Origin: Oligoflexales bacterium
GTDB lineage: Bacteria > Bdellovibrionota_B > Oligoflexia > Oligoflexales > Bog-1112
Reading direction: 5' to 3'
Assembly: GCA_045106415.1 (NCBI GenBank)
Contig: JBGCEP010000018.1
Location: 1 to 64,000, forward strand
DNA: 64,000 nucleotides
This document shows, piece by piece, positions 1 through 11,000 of the stretch. Below the pieces are notes generated by a model. It ran no database searches. It saw only the letters and a list, made by a program, of their open reading frames with translations, and was not told where the DNA came from. Numbering within the stretch: position 1 is the first letter of the stretch; each line of letters begins with the position of its first letter. The position numbers and the translations under genes are program-made.

Positions 1-1523
1 AAACCCAATGATGGTAACTCTTTATGCAATATAAAAGAGTTACTTTTCACTAAATCTCCATCATATCGATAGCTCAGATTTTTTCTCAATTCAGACTCAT
101 CACATTCAAAAGATTTCACATTCAAAAAGTCTTCTAAAAAATGATGTTGATACCATGGCCTGGCTGAAAGCTTACATCCATAATTTTTAGCTTCTTCAAA
201 AAAATCCTGCCCTACAATCATCTGTACCTGATTACATTGGATATGCTTTGGAATAATCCATGTTACATTTTTTTGACGAGCATCCAACACACCTAAATTG
301 CTATGATGATTTTCCCAAACTTCATTAGAAAACATAAAAGACGGGAACCACTTATAAGATACAATACAACTATCCTGAAGATACACAGTTTGGCTTAATA
401 GGAAACGTCCCCCTCGCATTTGATAAAACGTATGTTCCACCACATGTAAACCACCAAGACTAAACATGGATACGATAAAAATCCGTACCTTTGTATTTCT
501 CCATAGCTTTTTCACGTATGGTTCTACGCTATAAATCGCTAAAAAAATCATGATAAATAAAAAAGACGATATAAATCTTCCTTCTTTATGTAAGGGCAAA
601 AAATGAGCAGAAAAAGCAGCAACAAACACCCACGACCACGATCGATATTTCTTAAGAGTGTCGAATGTTCCTTTTAAAGCACCATATAAAAACAAGGGGA
701 GAAAGAAGATATAAGAAGGCTGAAAAATTTTTAAAAAATAATCAGCATAAACAAGAGCACTCTGTGCTCCAAAATTCATTGCCGCAAGACCTGTGAAAAC
801 ATTATACATAAGATACATATAAAGGCTTTCATATGCTCGGCCATAGAAGAAGACATCTGCAGAAAAACCTGCACCCAGACCTAAAAGGCACCCAGTTGTT
901 AAGAGAATAAGTTTTGTATATTGACCTTTTCGAGCTAAATAAATCCAATGCCAAATAAAAAAAAGGAAACCCATAATCCCAGATGGATAACGCGCAGCTC
1001 CAGTAAGCACAGCAAAAAAACCGACTCCAACCCATGCTTGCTGACGATGACGCAAAGTCCAAAAACCAAGCATAAGCCAAAACATTATCGAGGAGAAATG
1101 TTCTAAACTCGGACGAATAGCTTCAAAAAAAGAAATATGCGTCAAACAAAAAACAACATAAATCAGTTTTTCTCCAAACACATGACCAGGCTTTTCTTCT
1201 CTCCAAAGACGAAGCATAGCCCATAAAACAACTAGGTTTAGGCAACCTATCCACAGCTTCATAAAAGAAAACAAAAGATAAGGGCTTTCAACATTCATAG
1301 ATTTTAAAAGGAAAAAAGGTATAGACAGCAACATTGGAATCAACAAATTTCTATGATGAATATAAGATGTATCACTAAAGGAGTGTCCATTCACAATCAA
1401 ATTTGTTACATCAAGCGTTTGGTACCATTCGTCAGGATGCTGCTCTTGGTAGTTTGTAAAAGACAGTAGAAAAATTGCAGCGATATAAATCACGTAGCAC
1501 ATATTTTTATAAGACAAACGCAT
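1..1523 (-). CDS. GT22-family (PIG-B/ALG9-like) polytopic mannosyltransferase; 3' end runs off the window
   Basis: Manually translated uninterrupted minus-strand frame from ATG 1523 to the window edge (absent from the ORF track because there is no stop). MRLSYKNMCYVIYIAAIFLLSFTNYQEQHPDEWYQ..., ARYP, DVFFYGR..YNVF, LHKEGRFI match the GT22 motifs (H)PDE.xQ and HKExRF; many hydrophobic segments. Confidence 0.75.
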   Translation of the reverse strand, partial: MRLSYKNMCYVIYIAAIFLLSFTNYQEQHPDEWYQTLDVTNLIVNGHSFSDTSYIHHRNLLIPMLLSIPFFLLKSMNVESPYLLFSFMKLWIGCLNLVVLWAMLRLWREEKPGHVFGEKLIYVVFCLTHISFFEAIRPSLEHFSSIMFWLMLGFWTLRHRQQAWVGVGFFAVLTGAARYPSGIMGFLFFIWHWIYLARKGQYTKLILLTTGCLLGLGAGFSADVFFYGRAYESLYMYLMYNVFTGLAAMNFGAQSALVYADYFLKIFQPSYIFFLPLFLYGALKGTFDTLKKYRSWSWVFVAAFSAHFLPLHKEGRFISSFLFIMIFLAIYSVEPYVKKLWRNTKVRIFIVSMFSLGGLHVVEHTFYQMRGGRFLLSQTVYLQDSCIVSYKWFPSFMFSNEVWENHHSNLGVLDARQKNVTWIIPKHIQCNQVQMIVGQDFFEEAKNYGCKLSARPWYQHHFLEDFLNVKSFECDESELRKNLSYRYDGDLVKSNSFILHKELPSLG

Positions 1524-1662
1524 CAGCAACTCACTTTTATTACCGTCAAAACCTGTGGGGAAGATATTTTTTTAATACGATTCTTTGATGGTTTAATCTA
1601 AAAACCAAAGTATTTTGATAAAAATTAAAAAGAAAAATCATCACAAATAAAAGAACACACAC

Positions 1663-1718
1663 CTGTGTGCTTGCACTTCATTCTTTCGCACATGAAACAA
1701 TATAGTGCAAGCACACAG
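1663..1718 (-). terminator. Hairpin (15-bp perfect inverted repeat) just downstream of nadA
   Basis: ctgtgtgcttgcact (1663-1677) / agtgcaagcacacag (1704-1718), with inner ttcat/atgaa pairing; a few nt after the nadA stop. Confidence 0.55.
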
Positions 1719-1724
1719 AATCAT

Positions 1725-2762
1725 TTAATGGATCGCAAGCATGCGGTCTAAGGCTCTCACAGCATCCACACGGATACCTTCATCAACTTCAACTTTATAC
1801 TGAGTATGCAATAAAGCATCTCTCGTCATTTTTAAAGTAATCTGAGCCATGTGAGGACACCGAACATTGCATAACCTTAATAAATCTTTTTCAGGATTTT
1901 CGGCAACAATATTATCGCCCATAGCGCACTCTGTGAGTAGCAAATACTTCTCCACATCATGCTCTTGCACCCAACCAATCATTTCAGATGTCGAGCCTGA
2001 AAAATCTGATGCTTCGCACACATCAGGAGGACATTCAGGGTGAGCTAACACGGCCGTTTCAGGGAACTGTTTGCGGACATTCTCAATATCTTCAACCGTG
2101 AATTTTTCATGCACTTCACAACGACCAGGCCATCCAATAAGCGTTTGAGAATCTTTATTAAAGACACTGGCTTGCTCATTTTTCCCCGGTACAATAACTT
2201 CACATCCCGTTTCTCGAGCAATATTTTTTGCTAAGAATTCATCTGGAATAAACAAGATACGTTCTGTTTGAAGAGATTTTACAATTTTTGCTGCGTTTCC
2301 CGACGTACAGCAAATGTCAGATTCAGCTTTAACATCTGCGTGTGTGTTAATATAAGTCACAACAGGGACACCTGGATAACGTGCCTTTAAATCACGAACA
2401 TCCTGCGCAGTGATACTTGAAGCCAGAGAACACCCTGCTTTATTAGATGGCACCAGAACTGTTTTTTCCGGGGAAAGAATAGCAGCAGTTTCTGCCATAA
2501 ATTCAACACCACAGAAAACAATCATCTCCGCAGAAGTCTCTGCTGAACACCGTGCAAGCTGGAGTGAGTCCCCTTTAAAATCAGGAACTGTATGATATAG
2601 CGCTGGCTCCATGTAATTGTGACCTAGAATCACAGCATTTCTATCTTTTTTAAGTTGCTCAATTTCTCGGACAAGCTCAGCTTGCAAGTAAATCTCCGCG
2701 TCTGGCATCACCGATGATAGACGCGACTGTATATTAGAGAAAATCTCTTCGACAGATAACAT
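1725..2762 (-). CDS. nadA: Quinolinate synthase
   Basis: ILGHNY, GDSLQLA, FCGVEFMAETA, AGCSLA, CTSGNA, CEVHE, AHPEC, CPHM motifs. Confidence 0.95.
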   Translation of the reverse strand: MLSVEEIFSNIQSRLSSVMPDAEIYLQAELVREIEQLKKDRNAVILGHNYMEPALYHTVPDFKGDSLQLARCSAETSAEMIVFCGVEFMAETAAILSPEKTVLVPSNKAGCSLASSITAQDVRDLKARYPGVPVVTYINTHADVKAESDICCTSGNAAKIVKSLQTERILFIPDEFLAKNIARETGCEVIVPGKNEQASVFNKDSQTLIGWPGRCEVHEKFTVEDIENVRKQFPETAVLAHPECPPDVCEASDFSGSTSEMIGWVQEHDVEKYLLLTECAMGDNIVAENPEKDLLRLCNVRCPHMAQITLKMTRDALLHTQYKVEVDEGIRVDAVRALDRMLAIH

Positions 2763-2785
2763 AACATTCTCACTTTTATCAGAGA

Positions 2786-3340
2786 TCAGATCACAACAAC
2801 TTCAATTGCACGAGAGGTCTCATCTCTTAGGATCTGTTTCATAGCATCTAAAGTCGCTGTCATTGAACTGGGACATCCCCCACAGGCTCCTTGGTAGCGT
2901 ACGGTTAGAATATTATTTTCATAGCCCATAATCTCAACATCGCCACCATCCGCTTGAAGCGATGGGCGTAGCGTACGCTCTAAGATAGCATCAAGCTCAT
3001 GCATCTCATCTGACCAGCTACTGCGGTCAACTACTGAAGCTCCTGCGATGCGCTCTTCAAAGTGAGGGTCGTGAGCTTCAATATGCTCTCGCATGACATC
3101 TTGAGTATTTTGATCCAAAAGACCCCAATCTTCACGGCCATCTTGAGTCAACGTAAGAACGTTTTCAAAAATATGAACTTGTGTCACATGGGGCACAGAC
3201 ATCAAAGCATGAGCTAAAGGGACATGTGCACATTCAGCCGCAGATTGGTATGAAATTTTCCCTTGAGTCTTCAACTCTGCATTCACAATATATTTTCGAG
3301 CTTGTGGGTTTGGAGTCCCTTGTATTCGAAATCTCAACAT
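2786..3340 (-). CDS. Nfu-type Fe-S carrier (Nfu N-terminal domain + NifU C-terminal domain)
   Basis: TPNP N-terminal motif; RPSLQADGGDVE...YQGACGGCPSS (CxxC). Confidence 0.9.
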   Translation of the reverse strand: MLRFRIQGTPNPQARKYIVNAELKTQGKISYQSAAECAHVPLAHALMSVPHVTQVHIFENVLTLTQDGREDWGLLDQNTQDVMREHIEAHDPHFEERIAGASVVDRSSWSDEMHELDAILERTLRPSLQADGGDVEIMGYENNILTVRYQGACGGCPSSMTATLDAMKQILRDETSRAIEVVVI

Positions 3341-3343
3341 AAT

Positions 3344-3790
3344 TTACTCCGTTTTTGCAGGCTCTTTCGACTTCTCTAAAGCCCCTTTGACTGTATGCCA
3401 AGCAAGCCCTGCGCATTTTACCCGCGAAGGATACCGAGATACGCTTGAAAACACGAGCAACTTTTTACTCAAATTCCCATGATTTGTCTCACCCTTCAAA
3501 AGCAATTGAAAGTTTTCAAAAATCTCACGAACTTCTGCTACTGTTTTTCCAGTAAGTTCGCATGTCATGATAGAAGCAGATGCTTTGCAAATTGCACACC
3601 CTGTACCATCAAAAGCACAACGGGTCACAATACCTGCATCATCAACGTCAAGATCAACCCACAAATGATCACCACACAGAGGGTTATAACCCTCTGAGCT
3701 GTAATCAGGGTTTTCCAGACGACAAAAATTTTTAGGCCGTCTGTTATGTTCCAAAATCACCTGTTGATAAAGGTCTAGCTGACTAGACAT
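3344..3790 (-). CDS. sufU: SUF-system NifU-like scaffold/sulfur-transfer protein
   Basis: LYQQVILEH, NPLCGD, GCAICKAS, RVKCA; start set at MSSQL, which overlaps the sufD stop. Confidence 0.9.
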   Translation of the reverse strand: MSSQLDLYQQVILEHNRRPKNFCRLENPDYSSEGYNPLCGDHLWVDLDVDDAGIVTRCAFDGTGCAICKASASIMTCELTGKTVAEVREIFENFQLLLKGETNHGNLSKKLLVFSSVSRYPSRVKCAGLAWHTVKGALEKSKEPAKTE

Positions 3791-5036
3791 TTTCACTCCC
3801 TCCGTCCCAACGATCACTGAGACGCCCTCGAACCCAAGAGAAATCATTATCTTGAACAGATGATAAAAAAGCTTCTACCAACATTTTTTTCGCAACAGGC
3901 TCTCGAATCCCTCGACTTTTGAGATATTCAACCTCTTCCCGACGTAGCTCACTCACAGTGGCTCCGTGATGACATTTCACATCATCGTTTAAAATCTGAA
4001 GTTCAGGGCGACATGACACATCTGCTTGAGAATCAAGCAAAAGATTTTTATTTAACAAACCAGCATCTGTCCCATGAGCACCAACAGCAACTTGAATCAG
4101 GCCACGGAAATTCAGACGTCCACACCCACGAGCAAGACCGTGAAATAATTGTTCACTTCTTGCATGCGGAGAGGAATGCTTCATAATCGTCTGGCAGTCC
4201 AGAGATTCTTCTCCTTGAGAGAACAACATCCCTGACATTTTCACCTCTGCGCCTGGCCCAGCAAGGTTCGTATAAAAACCATGCCGCACAGTTTTTCCAC
4301 CACGAGTCGCAGCAAACACACGACAAGAAGCATCACGCTCAACATGCATACGCGTTTGTTGAACAAAGTTCTGCATCGCTTCACCGGAGTGCTGATTCAA
4401 CACTTCCAGCTGAGCTCCTTTTTCAATCACAATATCTGTCAGGCGCCCTGCAAAGGACTCCGATCTAACCCCCAAAGGAATGTGAGTCTCAATCAATCGA
4501 GCTTCCGCTTGAGGTTGAAGACGCACACTCACACGCGACAACGCCGCTTGTTGTCCTGCAGGTGTCAACAAATGAATCAAGTGGATATGCTTCTTCTTAC
4601 CTTTTGGCACATCAATGAGCACACCAGACTGTAAAAAAGCATCATGCAAACGCGTAAAAGTATCTTCATAAAGCGCCCGGCCAGCAGAAATGGTGTGACG
4701 AAGCACATCAGACTGGTCACTCTTTAAATGGCTATAGTTAAAAGTCGTCTCTGGGTGCTCACCACCTCTTAAAAGCTGCCCATCAACAAAGACTAGGGTC
4801 TCTTCATCTTCATGCTTCCAGCGGCTTAAATCAGGAAGTTGCGAAGGAGCTTCAGGCAGTTGGTACACCTGAGAAAGAATCTCTTTTAGATTCGTTGCCT
4901 GCCAACCCTCTGTCTTACGAGTCGGAAATCCCATTCGCGACACATCGGCACGCGCACGTTCACGAAACTCTCCGACCCACTGAGGTAGAGATGATGGACC
5001 TTGTCCCTGATACGCACTCTCAAAGCTGTGATGCAT
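3783..5036 (-). CDS. sufD: Fe-S cluster assembly protein SufD
   Basis: FPTRKTEGW, PELQILNDDVKCHHGATV, YLKSRGI; position after sufC. Confidence 0.9.
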   Translation of the reverse strand: MHHSFESAYQGQGPSSLPQWVGEFRERARADVSRMGFPTRKTEGWQATNLKEILSQVYQLPEAPSQLPDLSRWKHEDEETLVFVDGQLLRGGEHPETTFNYSHLKSDQSDVLRHTISAGRALYEDTFTRLHDAFLQSGVLIDVPKGKKKHIHLIHLLTPAGQQAALSRVSVRLQPQAEARLIETHIPLGVRSESFAGRLTDIVIEKGAQLEVLNQHSGEAMQNFVQQTRMHVERDASCRVFAATRGGKTVRHGFYTNLAGPGAEVKMSGMLFSQGEESLDCQTIMKHSSPHARSEQLFHGLARGCGRLNFRGLIQVAVGAHGTDAGLLNKNLLLDSQADVSCRPELQILNDDVKCHHGATVSELRREEVEYLKSRGIREPVAKKMLVEAFLSSVQDNDFSWVRGRLSDRWDGGSENV

Positions 5037-5784
5037 GTTTATCCACCCCGTAGCCTGCTTTTTCAACACGTTGGGCAAGTTCCTTATGGCCAGACTCTAA
5101 AATCTGGCCGTTAGCAAGAACATGCACGTGGTCTGGAACAATATAATCAAGAAGACGTTGATAATGTGTAATCAAAATAATCGCATTATTTTCAGAGCGA
5201 AGTTTATTAATACCTGCAGCAACGATTCTTAAAGAATCCACGTCCAGGCCCGAGTCCGTTTCATCTAAAATTGCTAAGCGAGGAGAAAGAACCGCCATTT
5301 GCAGAATTTCATTTCGTTTTTTCTCTCCACCAGAAAATCCTGTATTCACATCCCTGTCGGCAAAGCTTTCTTTAAAGCCTAGCTCTTGTGCTTTTGACTC
5401 AAGATAGTCTTGAAAATCCATAGCATCCATCGTATCTGAACCTTGATGCTCAAGAATCGAGTTTAAAGCCACACGTAAAAACTCAGAGTTGGAAACACCA
5501 CGAACTTCAACAGGGTATTGATAGCCAAGAAAAACACCCTCACGCGCTCTTTCGTCAGCTTCCATTTCCAACAAGTCTTTGTCTTTAAAGTTCACCTCAT
5601 AGCTCACTTGCCCGTCTGTCACTTCATAATCAGGGTGACCAGCTAAAACTCGAGCTAAAGTACTTTTCCCTGAACCATTTGGTCCCATAATCGCATGAAC
5701 TTCACCTTCTTTAACCTCCAAGTTGAGGCCTTTAAGAATTTCAGTATCACCAATTTTTGCTTTTAAGTTTTGTATCTTTAACAT
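5020..5784 (-). CDS. sufC: Fe-S cluster assembly ATPase SufC
   Basis: GPNGSGKST, FSGGEKKRNEILQM, LDETDSGLD, ITHYQRLL. Confidence 0.97.
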   Translation of the reverse strand: MLKIQNLKAKIGDTEILKGLNLEVKEGEVHAIMGPNGSGKSTLARVLAGHPDYEVTDGQVSYEVNFKDKDLLEMEADERAREGVFLGYQYPVEVRGVSNSEFLRVALNSILEHQGSDTMDAMDFQDYLESKAQELGFKESFADRDVNTGFSGGEKKRNEILQMAVLSPRLAILDETDSGLDVDSLRIVAAGINKLRSENNAIILITHYQRLLDYIVPDHVHVLANGQILESGHKELAQRVEKAGYGVDKHASQL

Positions 5785-5787
5785 GTG

Positions 5788-7224
5788 TCACCCTACACTA
5801 TTTTCAAGTTTCATTTCCAAAAGACGAACCGCTTCAACCGAGAACTCCAAAGGAAGCTGGTGGAAAACTTCTCGACAAAAACCATTCAAAAGTAAGCTAA
5901 TCGCTTGCTCTTCTGAAATCCCTCGAGATTTAAAATAAAACAATTCTTCTGCACTCACTTTTGAGGTTGAAGCCTCATGCTCAACAACACTTGCAGGCTC
6001 TTTCACTTCAATCACTGGATACGTTGTCGCTTCACATTCCGCACCCACCAACATGGAGTCACAGACTGTGTAGTTTCGTGCTCCTGTAGCTCCAGCTGCA
6101 ATTTTGACCAATCCACGATACGTGTTGTTCGATTGATCAGCTGAAATTCCCTTTGAAATAATACGGCTTGTTGTATTTTTTCCTAAGTGAACCATCTTAG
6201 TTCCGGTATCCGCTTGCATTTTATGATTTGTCAACGCTACAGAGTAAAACTCTCCAGTTGAGTCATCACCCTGCATAATCACACTAGGGTACTTCCAGGT
6301 AATCGCAGAGCCAGCTTCCACCTGTGTCCAAGAAATCTTAGATTTTTTACCTCGGCACAACCCACGCTTTGTTACAAAATTATAGATCCCGCCACGGCCT
6401 TTTTCATCGCCCGCATACCAGTTTTGCACCGTTGAGTACTTAATATCAGCATGATCCAAAGCAATCAGTTCTACAACTGCTGCATGCAGTTGGTTCTCAT
6501 CTCGCATTGGAGCCGTGCAACCTTCTAGATAGCTTACGCTCGAACCTTCATCCGCAACAATCAGTGTTCTTTCAAACTGCCCTGTTTCAGCAGCGTTAAT
6601 TCGAAAGTAAGTTGATAAATCCATAGGGCAAGCAACACCCTTTGGAATGTAGACAAAAGACCCATCACTAAACACAGCTGCATTCAAAGCTGCGTAAAAG
6701 TTATCTTTATATGGAACAACACTCCCTAGATACTTACGAATAAGCTCAGGATATTTCTGCAGCGCTTCTGACATTGAACAGAAAATCACACCGGCTTTTT
6801 CAAGCTCTTCCTGATGTGTTGTCCCCACCGAAACACTGTCAAAAACAGCGTCAACAGCAACCCCAGTCAATCGTTTCTGCTCAGACAGCGGGATACCAAG
6901 ACGCTCAAACGTTGCCAAAACTTCCGCGTCCACTTCATCTAAGCTCTTCGGGCCCTCACCTTTTTGTTTTGGCGCAGAATAATAGCGCAAATCCTGAAAA
7001 TCGACTTCTGGATACGTCACATTCGGCCACTTGGGTTCTTTCAGCTTGCTCCAATGACGGAACGCGCGAAGGCGGAACTCAAGCATAAATTCAGGCTCAT
7101 TCTTGACCGCAGAAAGACGACGGATAATCCCTTCGTTTAGCCCTTTTGGAAACTCTTCTGTATCAACATCAGTCACAAACCCATATTTGTACTGTTGCAG
7201 ACCTAATTCCTTGATATCGTCCAT
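5788..7224 (-). CDS. sufB: Fe-S cluster assembly protein SufB
   Basis: [47 protein letters not shown]; start moved to MDDIKE. Confidence 0.97.
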   Translation of the reverse strand: MDDIKELGLQQYKYGFVTDVDTEEFPKGLNEGIIRRLSAVKNEPEFMLEFRLRAFRHWSKLKEPKWPNVTYPEVDFQDLRYYSAPKQKGEGPKSLDEVDAEVLATFERLGIPLSEQKRLTGVAVDAVFDSVSVGTTHQEELEKAGVIFCSMSEALQKYPELIRKYLGSVVPYKDNFYAALNAAVFSDGSFVYIPKGVACPMDLSTYFRINAAETGQFERTLIVADEGSSVSYLEGCTAPMRDENQLHAAVVELIALDHADIKYSTVQNWYAGDEKGRGGIYNFVTKRGLCRGKKSKISWTQVEAGSAITWKYPSVIMQGDDSTGEFYSVALTNHKMQADTGTKMVHLGKNTTSRIISKGISADQSNNTYRGLVKIAAGATGARNYTVCDSMLVGAECEATTYPVIEVKEPASVVEHEASTSKVSAEELFYFKSRGISEEQAISLLLNGFCREVFHQLPLEFSVEAVRLLEMKLENSVG

Positions 7225-7331
7225 AATTGTCCTCGAGCAGAGTTTTATCCGCTGGTTCAATTCTCTGAATTGATTTTCATTGAAAAATCGCTTAGAATTT
7301 TTCGCTTCGATTGTGACAGGGGAGGATAGCT

Positions 7332-7730
7332 GTGTCAAGCCTAGCAATAGACCCAAAAGCACTAAGAAAAGCAGAGGAATTTTACGATAACCACCCAGAA
7401 TGGAAAGGGTTATCTTTAAGAGTTTACCTCTCAGGCAAAGGATGTGATGGTTTCAGTTATGGAGTTTCTTTTGATCAAGCAGAAAATTCAGATCAAAAAT
7501 TTCTAATATCTGAAAAAATCACACTGATTGTTGACTCAGACACCATGACTTTCATTGATGGCTCCACAGTCACTTGGACAGAGACTGAGGAAGGGGAAGG
7601 GTTTATCATTGACAACCCTTCGCACAAAAACTTCCGTGGAAAATTCTTCAAACGCAAAGACTGGCAAGAACGACTCGCTCGTGCAAAAGCAGCTCGAGAC
7701 GATTCACCTGAAGATGCTCAACAAAGTTAA
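7332..7730 (+). CDS. HesB/IscA/ErpA-like A-type Fe-S carrier, atypical C-terminus
   Basis: [36 protein letters not shown]; divergent from the suf operon; ggagg RBS; lacks the C-terminal CxCG. Confidence 0.75.
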   Translation: MSSLAIDPKALRKAEEFYDNHPEWKGLSLRVYLSGKGCDGFSYGVSFDQAENSDQKFLISEKITLIVDSDTMTFIDGSTVTWTETEEGEGFIIDNPSHKNFRGKFFKRKDWQERLARAKAARDDSPEDAQQS

Positions 7731-8062
7731 CGAAAGTTAATCGGAGAGACTCGCTTCAAACTTTGAGGCGTTTTCTCTTCGTCTTCATCTTCTTCGTCCA
7801 TCTCGTGAAGCACATCTAAATCTTCAAACAACATCCAATCGCTTTCGATCCTACCAGCATGCATTTCACAAAGGTTTAAAATATTCTCAAAAGTTTGTCT
7901 GAGAGCATCTTCTGAGTTCATAACACCACTGACAGCAAGAACACCTGATTTATCCCCGTTCACTGCAACAGAATATTTTTTACGTATTTTTTGGACAAGA
8001 CTCCCCATTTCTCGTCCTTCAAGCGCATCCACAAATTCCATTCTTAAAAGCCCCACATACAT
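7727..8062 (-). CDS. DUF503/YlxP-like small protein
   Basis: MYVGLLRMEF...KIRKKYSVAV...LAVSGVMNS pattern resembles DUF503; acidic tail. Confidence 0.45.
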   Translation of the reverse strand: MYVGLLRMEFVDALEGREMGSLVQKIRKKYSVAVNGDKSGVLAVSGVMNSEDALRQTFENILNLCEMHAGRIESDWMLFEDLDVLHEMDEEDEDEEKTPQSLKRVSPINFR

Positions 8063-8095
8063 ACACGCCCCCCGTGGCTATGAGCTTCTCATTTC

Positions 8096-11000
8096 TTAAA
8101 ATTTAAAAAATCGAAAACCTCTCCGAAGATCTTCGATCACCAGCAACAAAGACGGCAACACTAGAAGTGTCACACACGCACCCATCACAACCCCCCAACC
8201 TAAAGCCAGCGCAATCGGAACAACGAAAGGATCTTTTCCTCCAAAGCCATATGCTGTAGGCAGGATGCCAACACCTGTCGTCAGAGTCGTCATAACAATC
8301 GGTCGTATACGATCTAAAGCCGCAGCAACGACTGCATCCATCGCAGACAAATCATCCTGGTGTTGATTAAAAGCATCCAACAGCACAATTCCATTATTGA
8401 CCACAACCCCCGCCAAAGCGATCATACCCACCCCTCCAAGAAAAGATAAAGGGACCCCGTGAAAATAAAACGCCCATAAAACAGACACAACAGCCAATGG
8501 GATTAAATAAACAATAAGAAAAGGCTGAACCAAATTCTGAAACTGCAAAACTAACAACAGAAAAATACCCACAACAGTCAAAACCATAGAAAACTGCAAA
8601 CTCATCAAACTTGATTTACGACTTTTCTCATCAGCTCCTTTTTCAAACGATAGGTCAGGAAACTTTAAAGCCATCTTTTCCATTAAGGTTTTCAACTGGA
8701 TCTGTAATTCACTTTGAGGTAGAGCATCATCTTCATATTCAGCTTCAATTTCCAAGACTCTTCGGCCATCAGAATGGACATATTGCGACAACCCCTCTTG
8801 AGCCTTAAAACTCGCAAAGTTTTTGAGTTTCACAACTCTCTGGTCGGAGCTCATCACACCCAAATTCTCAAAATCATCTCTTTTCATTTTTTTACTAAAA
8901 ACACCTAACCGGACATCAAGATCTTCACCTTGATACGGCAGCGTATGAGCCACAATTCCATCAAGATGAGCTTGGAGGGTAAACATAGCTTCACGCGAAG
9001 ACACTTTCACTTGTCTTTGTTGATCAGCATGTATTTTCATCAGCAATTGAGATCGGCCATTTTTCTCATCACGGGTTGCATCACTTGCACCTGGAATATT
9101 TTCAATCTCTGACATTAAGAGAACAGCAGCTTCATCCATGGCGGCAATATTTTGGCCTAAAATCCGAAAACTCAGCGGCTTTCCTGAAGAGGGACCTGAA
9201 TGACGACGCGTCATCTTCAAAGACACACCTTCAGGAAGCTGGGCTTTTTCTTTTACTTCACCCATCACCAGTTTCACATCAGAGGGCTCTTTTACAGATA
9301 TTAAAAAAGAGGCTTCGTGCTTTTCATCATCATAGGTGGACGACACCCATTGCAATTGTTCTCCTCCTACTCTGTGAATAAGAGATTCTACCTGTTCAAT
9401 CCAAGACATATACTGTCTCTGTGAAGAGGATTTAGGAGCTTCTAACTTCATAGAAAACTCTGATTTTTCAGTCCCTGGAAAAAAACGAAAAGGCAGGTTC
9501 TGCCAAGCAAAAAAACCTGTTCCTAAAATCCATGCCGTCGAACTTAGAAAAACAAGATAACGATATTTCAACAACCGGATAGTCAAAGATCGATAACCAG
9601 GAACAAAAGAGCGATCCCAAAAACCACCTCTTTGTTTTTTTTCAATATGCCCCCAAGAAGCAACATGGCTAGGGAGAAGAAATAAACATTCCACTAGACT
9701 AAAAGCCAAAGCCACCATCACACCAATAGGAATATGGCGGATAAATTTTCCAAAAACGCCATCTAGATCCATTAAAGGAAGAAAAGCAGCCATTGTTGTT
9801 AATACCGACGTTGTCACAGGTCGCCAAACACGCTCTGTCCCTTGCACAGCTGCATCATGAGGACTCAATCCATCTTCCATCTTTTTTTGAATACTCTCTG
9901 TCACAACAATCGCGTCATCAACCAACATCCCCACAACAATGATAAGACCCATCATGCTAATAAGATTTAAGCTCACTCCCCAAAGTTGAAAAGCCAACAT
10001 TGTTGCACAAAAAGCAAAAGGCACCCCCATAGAAGCAACAAGAGCAGCCTTCCAAGGCAACATCAAAGAAAGAATAAGGAGAACAAGAAAAAGCCCCATC
10101 AATAAATTATTCGATAAAACTCTCACCCTTAAAGACACACGTTCAGAACGATCTTCTAATTCAATAACATTAAGATTTTTAGCTTGATTTAAAAAATCAT
10201 GGATTTTTTCACGCACGATTTCAACGGTTCGTATCGTGTCATAAGATGATTTTTTAGACACTTGAAAATGGATAACTGGCTCTCCTTGAACTCTTTGAAA
10301 AACTTTTTTTATCTTTGGACCGATGGACACTTTGGCAAAGTCGCCAATCGAGAGAGCTTGCCCTGAAAAGTTATTACGAAGTACGATCTTACGAATATCT
10401 TCTAAAGAATTTACTTGAGGGACAGCCCTCACCATTCTGTCCACACCATCTTGCTCATCGTAATAAAGTCCAGCTGGCATCTGCTGCGTAGAGCTCTTGA
10501 TAGCATCAATCATTTCAGAAAAACTCATCTGAAAATTACGCTGTTTTTTAGATTCAACATCAATACGAACTTCTAAAGGTGGTAGACCAGAAATGGTGAC
10601 ACTTGCAATACCTTTGACACCTTCCAATTCTCTTTGCAGTTTTAAAACCCAAGGCCTCATCTCTTCTTGATCCAAGCCTGATAAAGCAAAACTAAGTAAA
10701 CTCTGAATCTTTGTTTCATTTTTTTTTACTGAAAAGTCTGTCACACCAGATGGAAAGTTCGTGGACTGCAAAATATCAGCCACTTCATCTTCAACTTCAG
10801 AGATAAGGACTTCATCTGGATTTAAACGAAGGCGAATCGAACTCAAACCCTCTGTAGAAGAAGAGCTCATATCAACAAGACCGTCAAGACCATGAAAACG
10901 ATTTTCTAAAGGGTTTGTGACTGTTGCTTCAACCATATCTGGAGACGCAGAAGGATAGATCACTCGCACCGACAAACTATCAAAACTCACATAAGGCATC

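Noticed and set aside
829..1080. 83-aa minus-strand ORF in the track
   Set aside because: Out-of-frame shadow inside the GT22 gene (1-1523).
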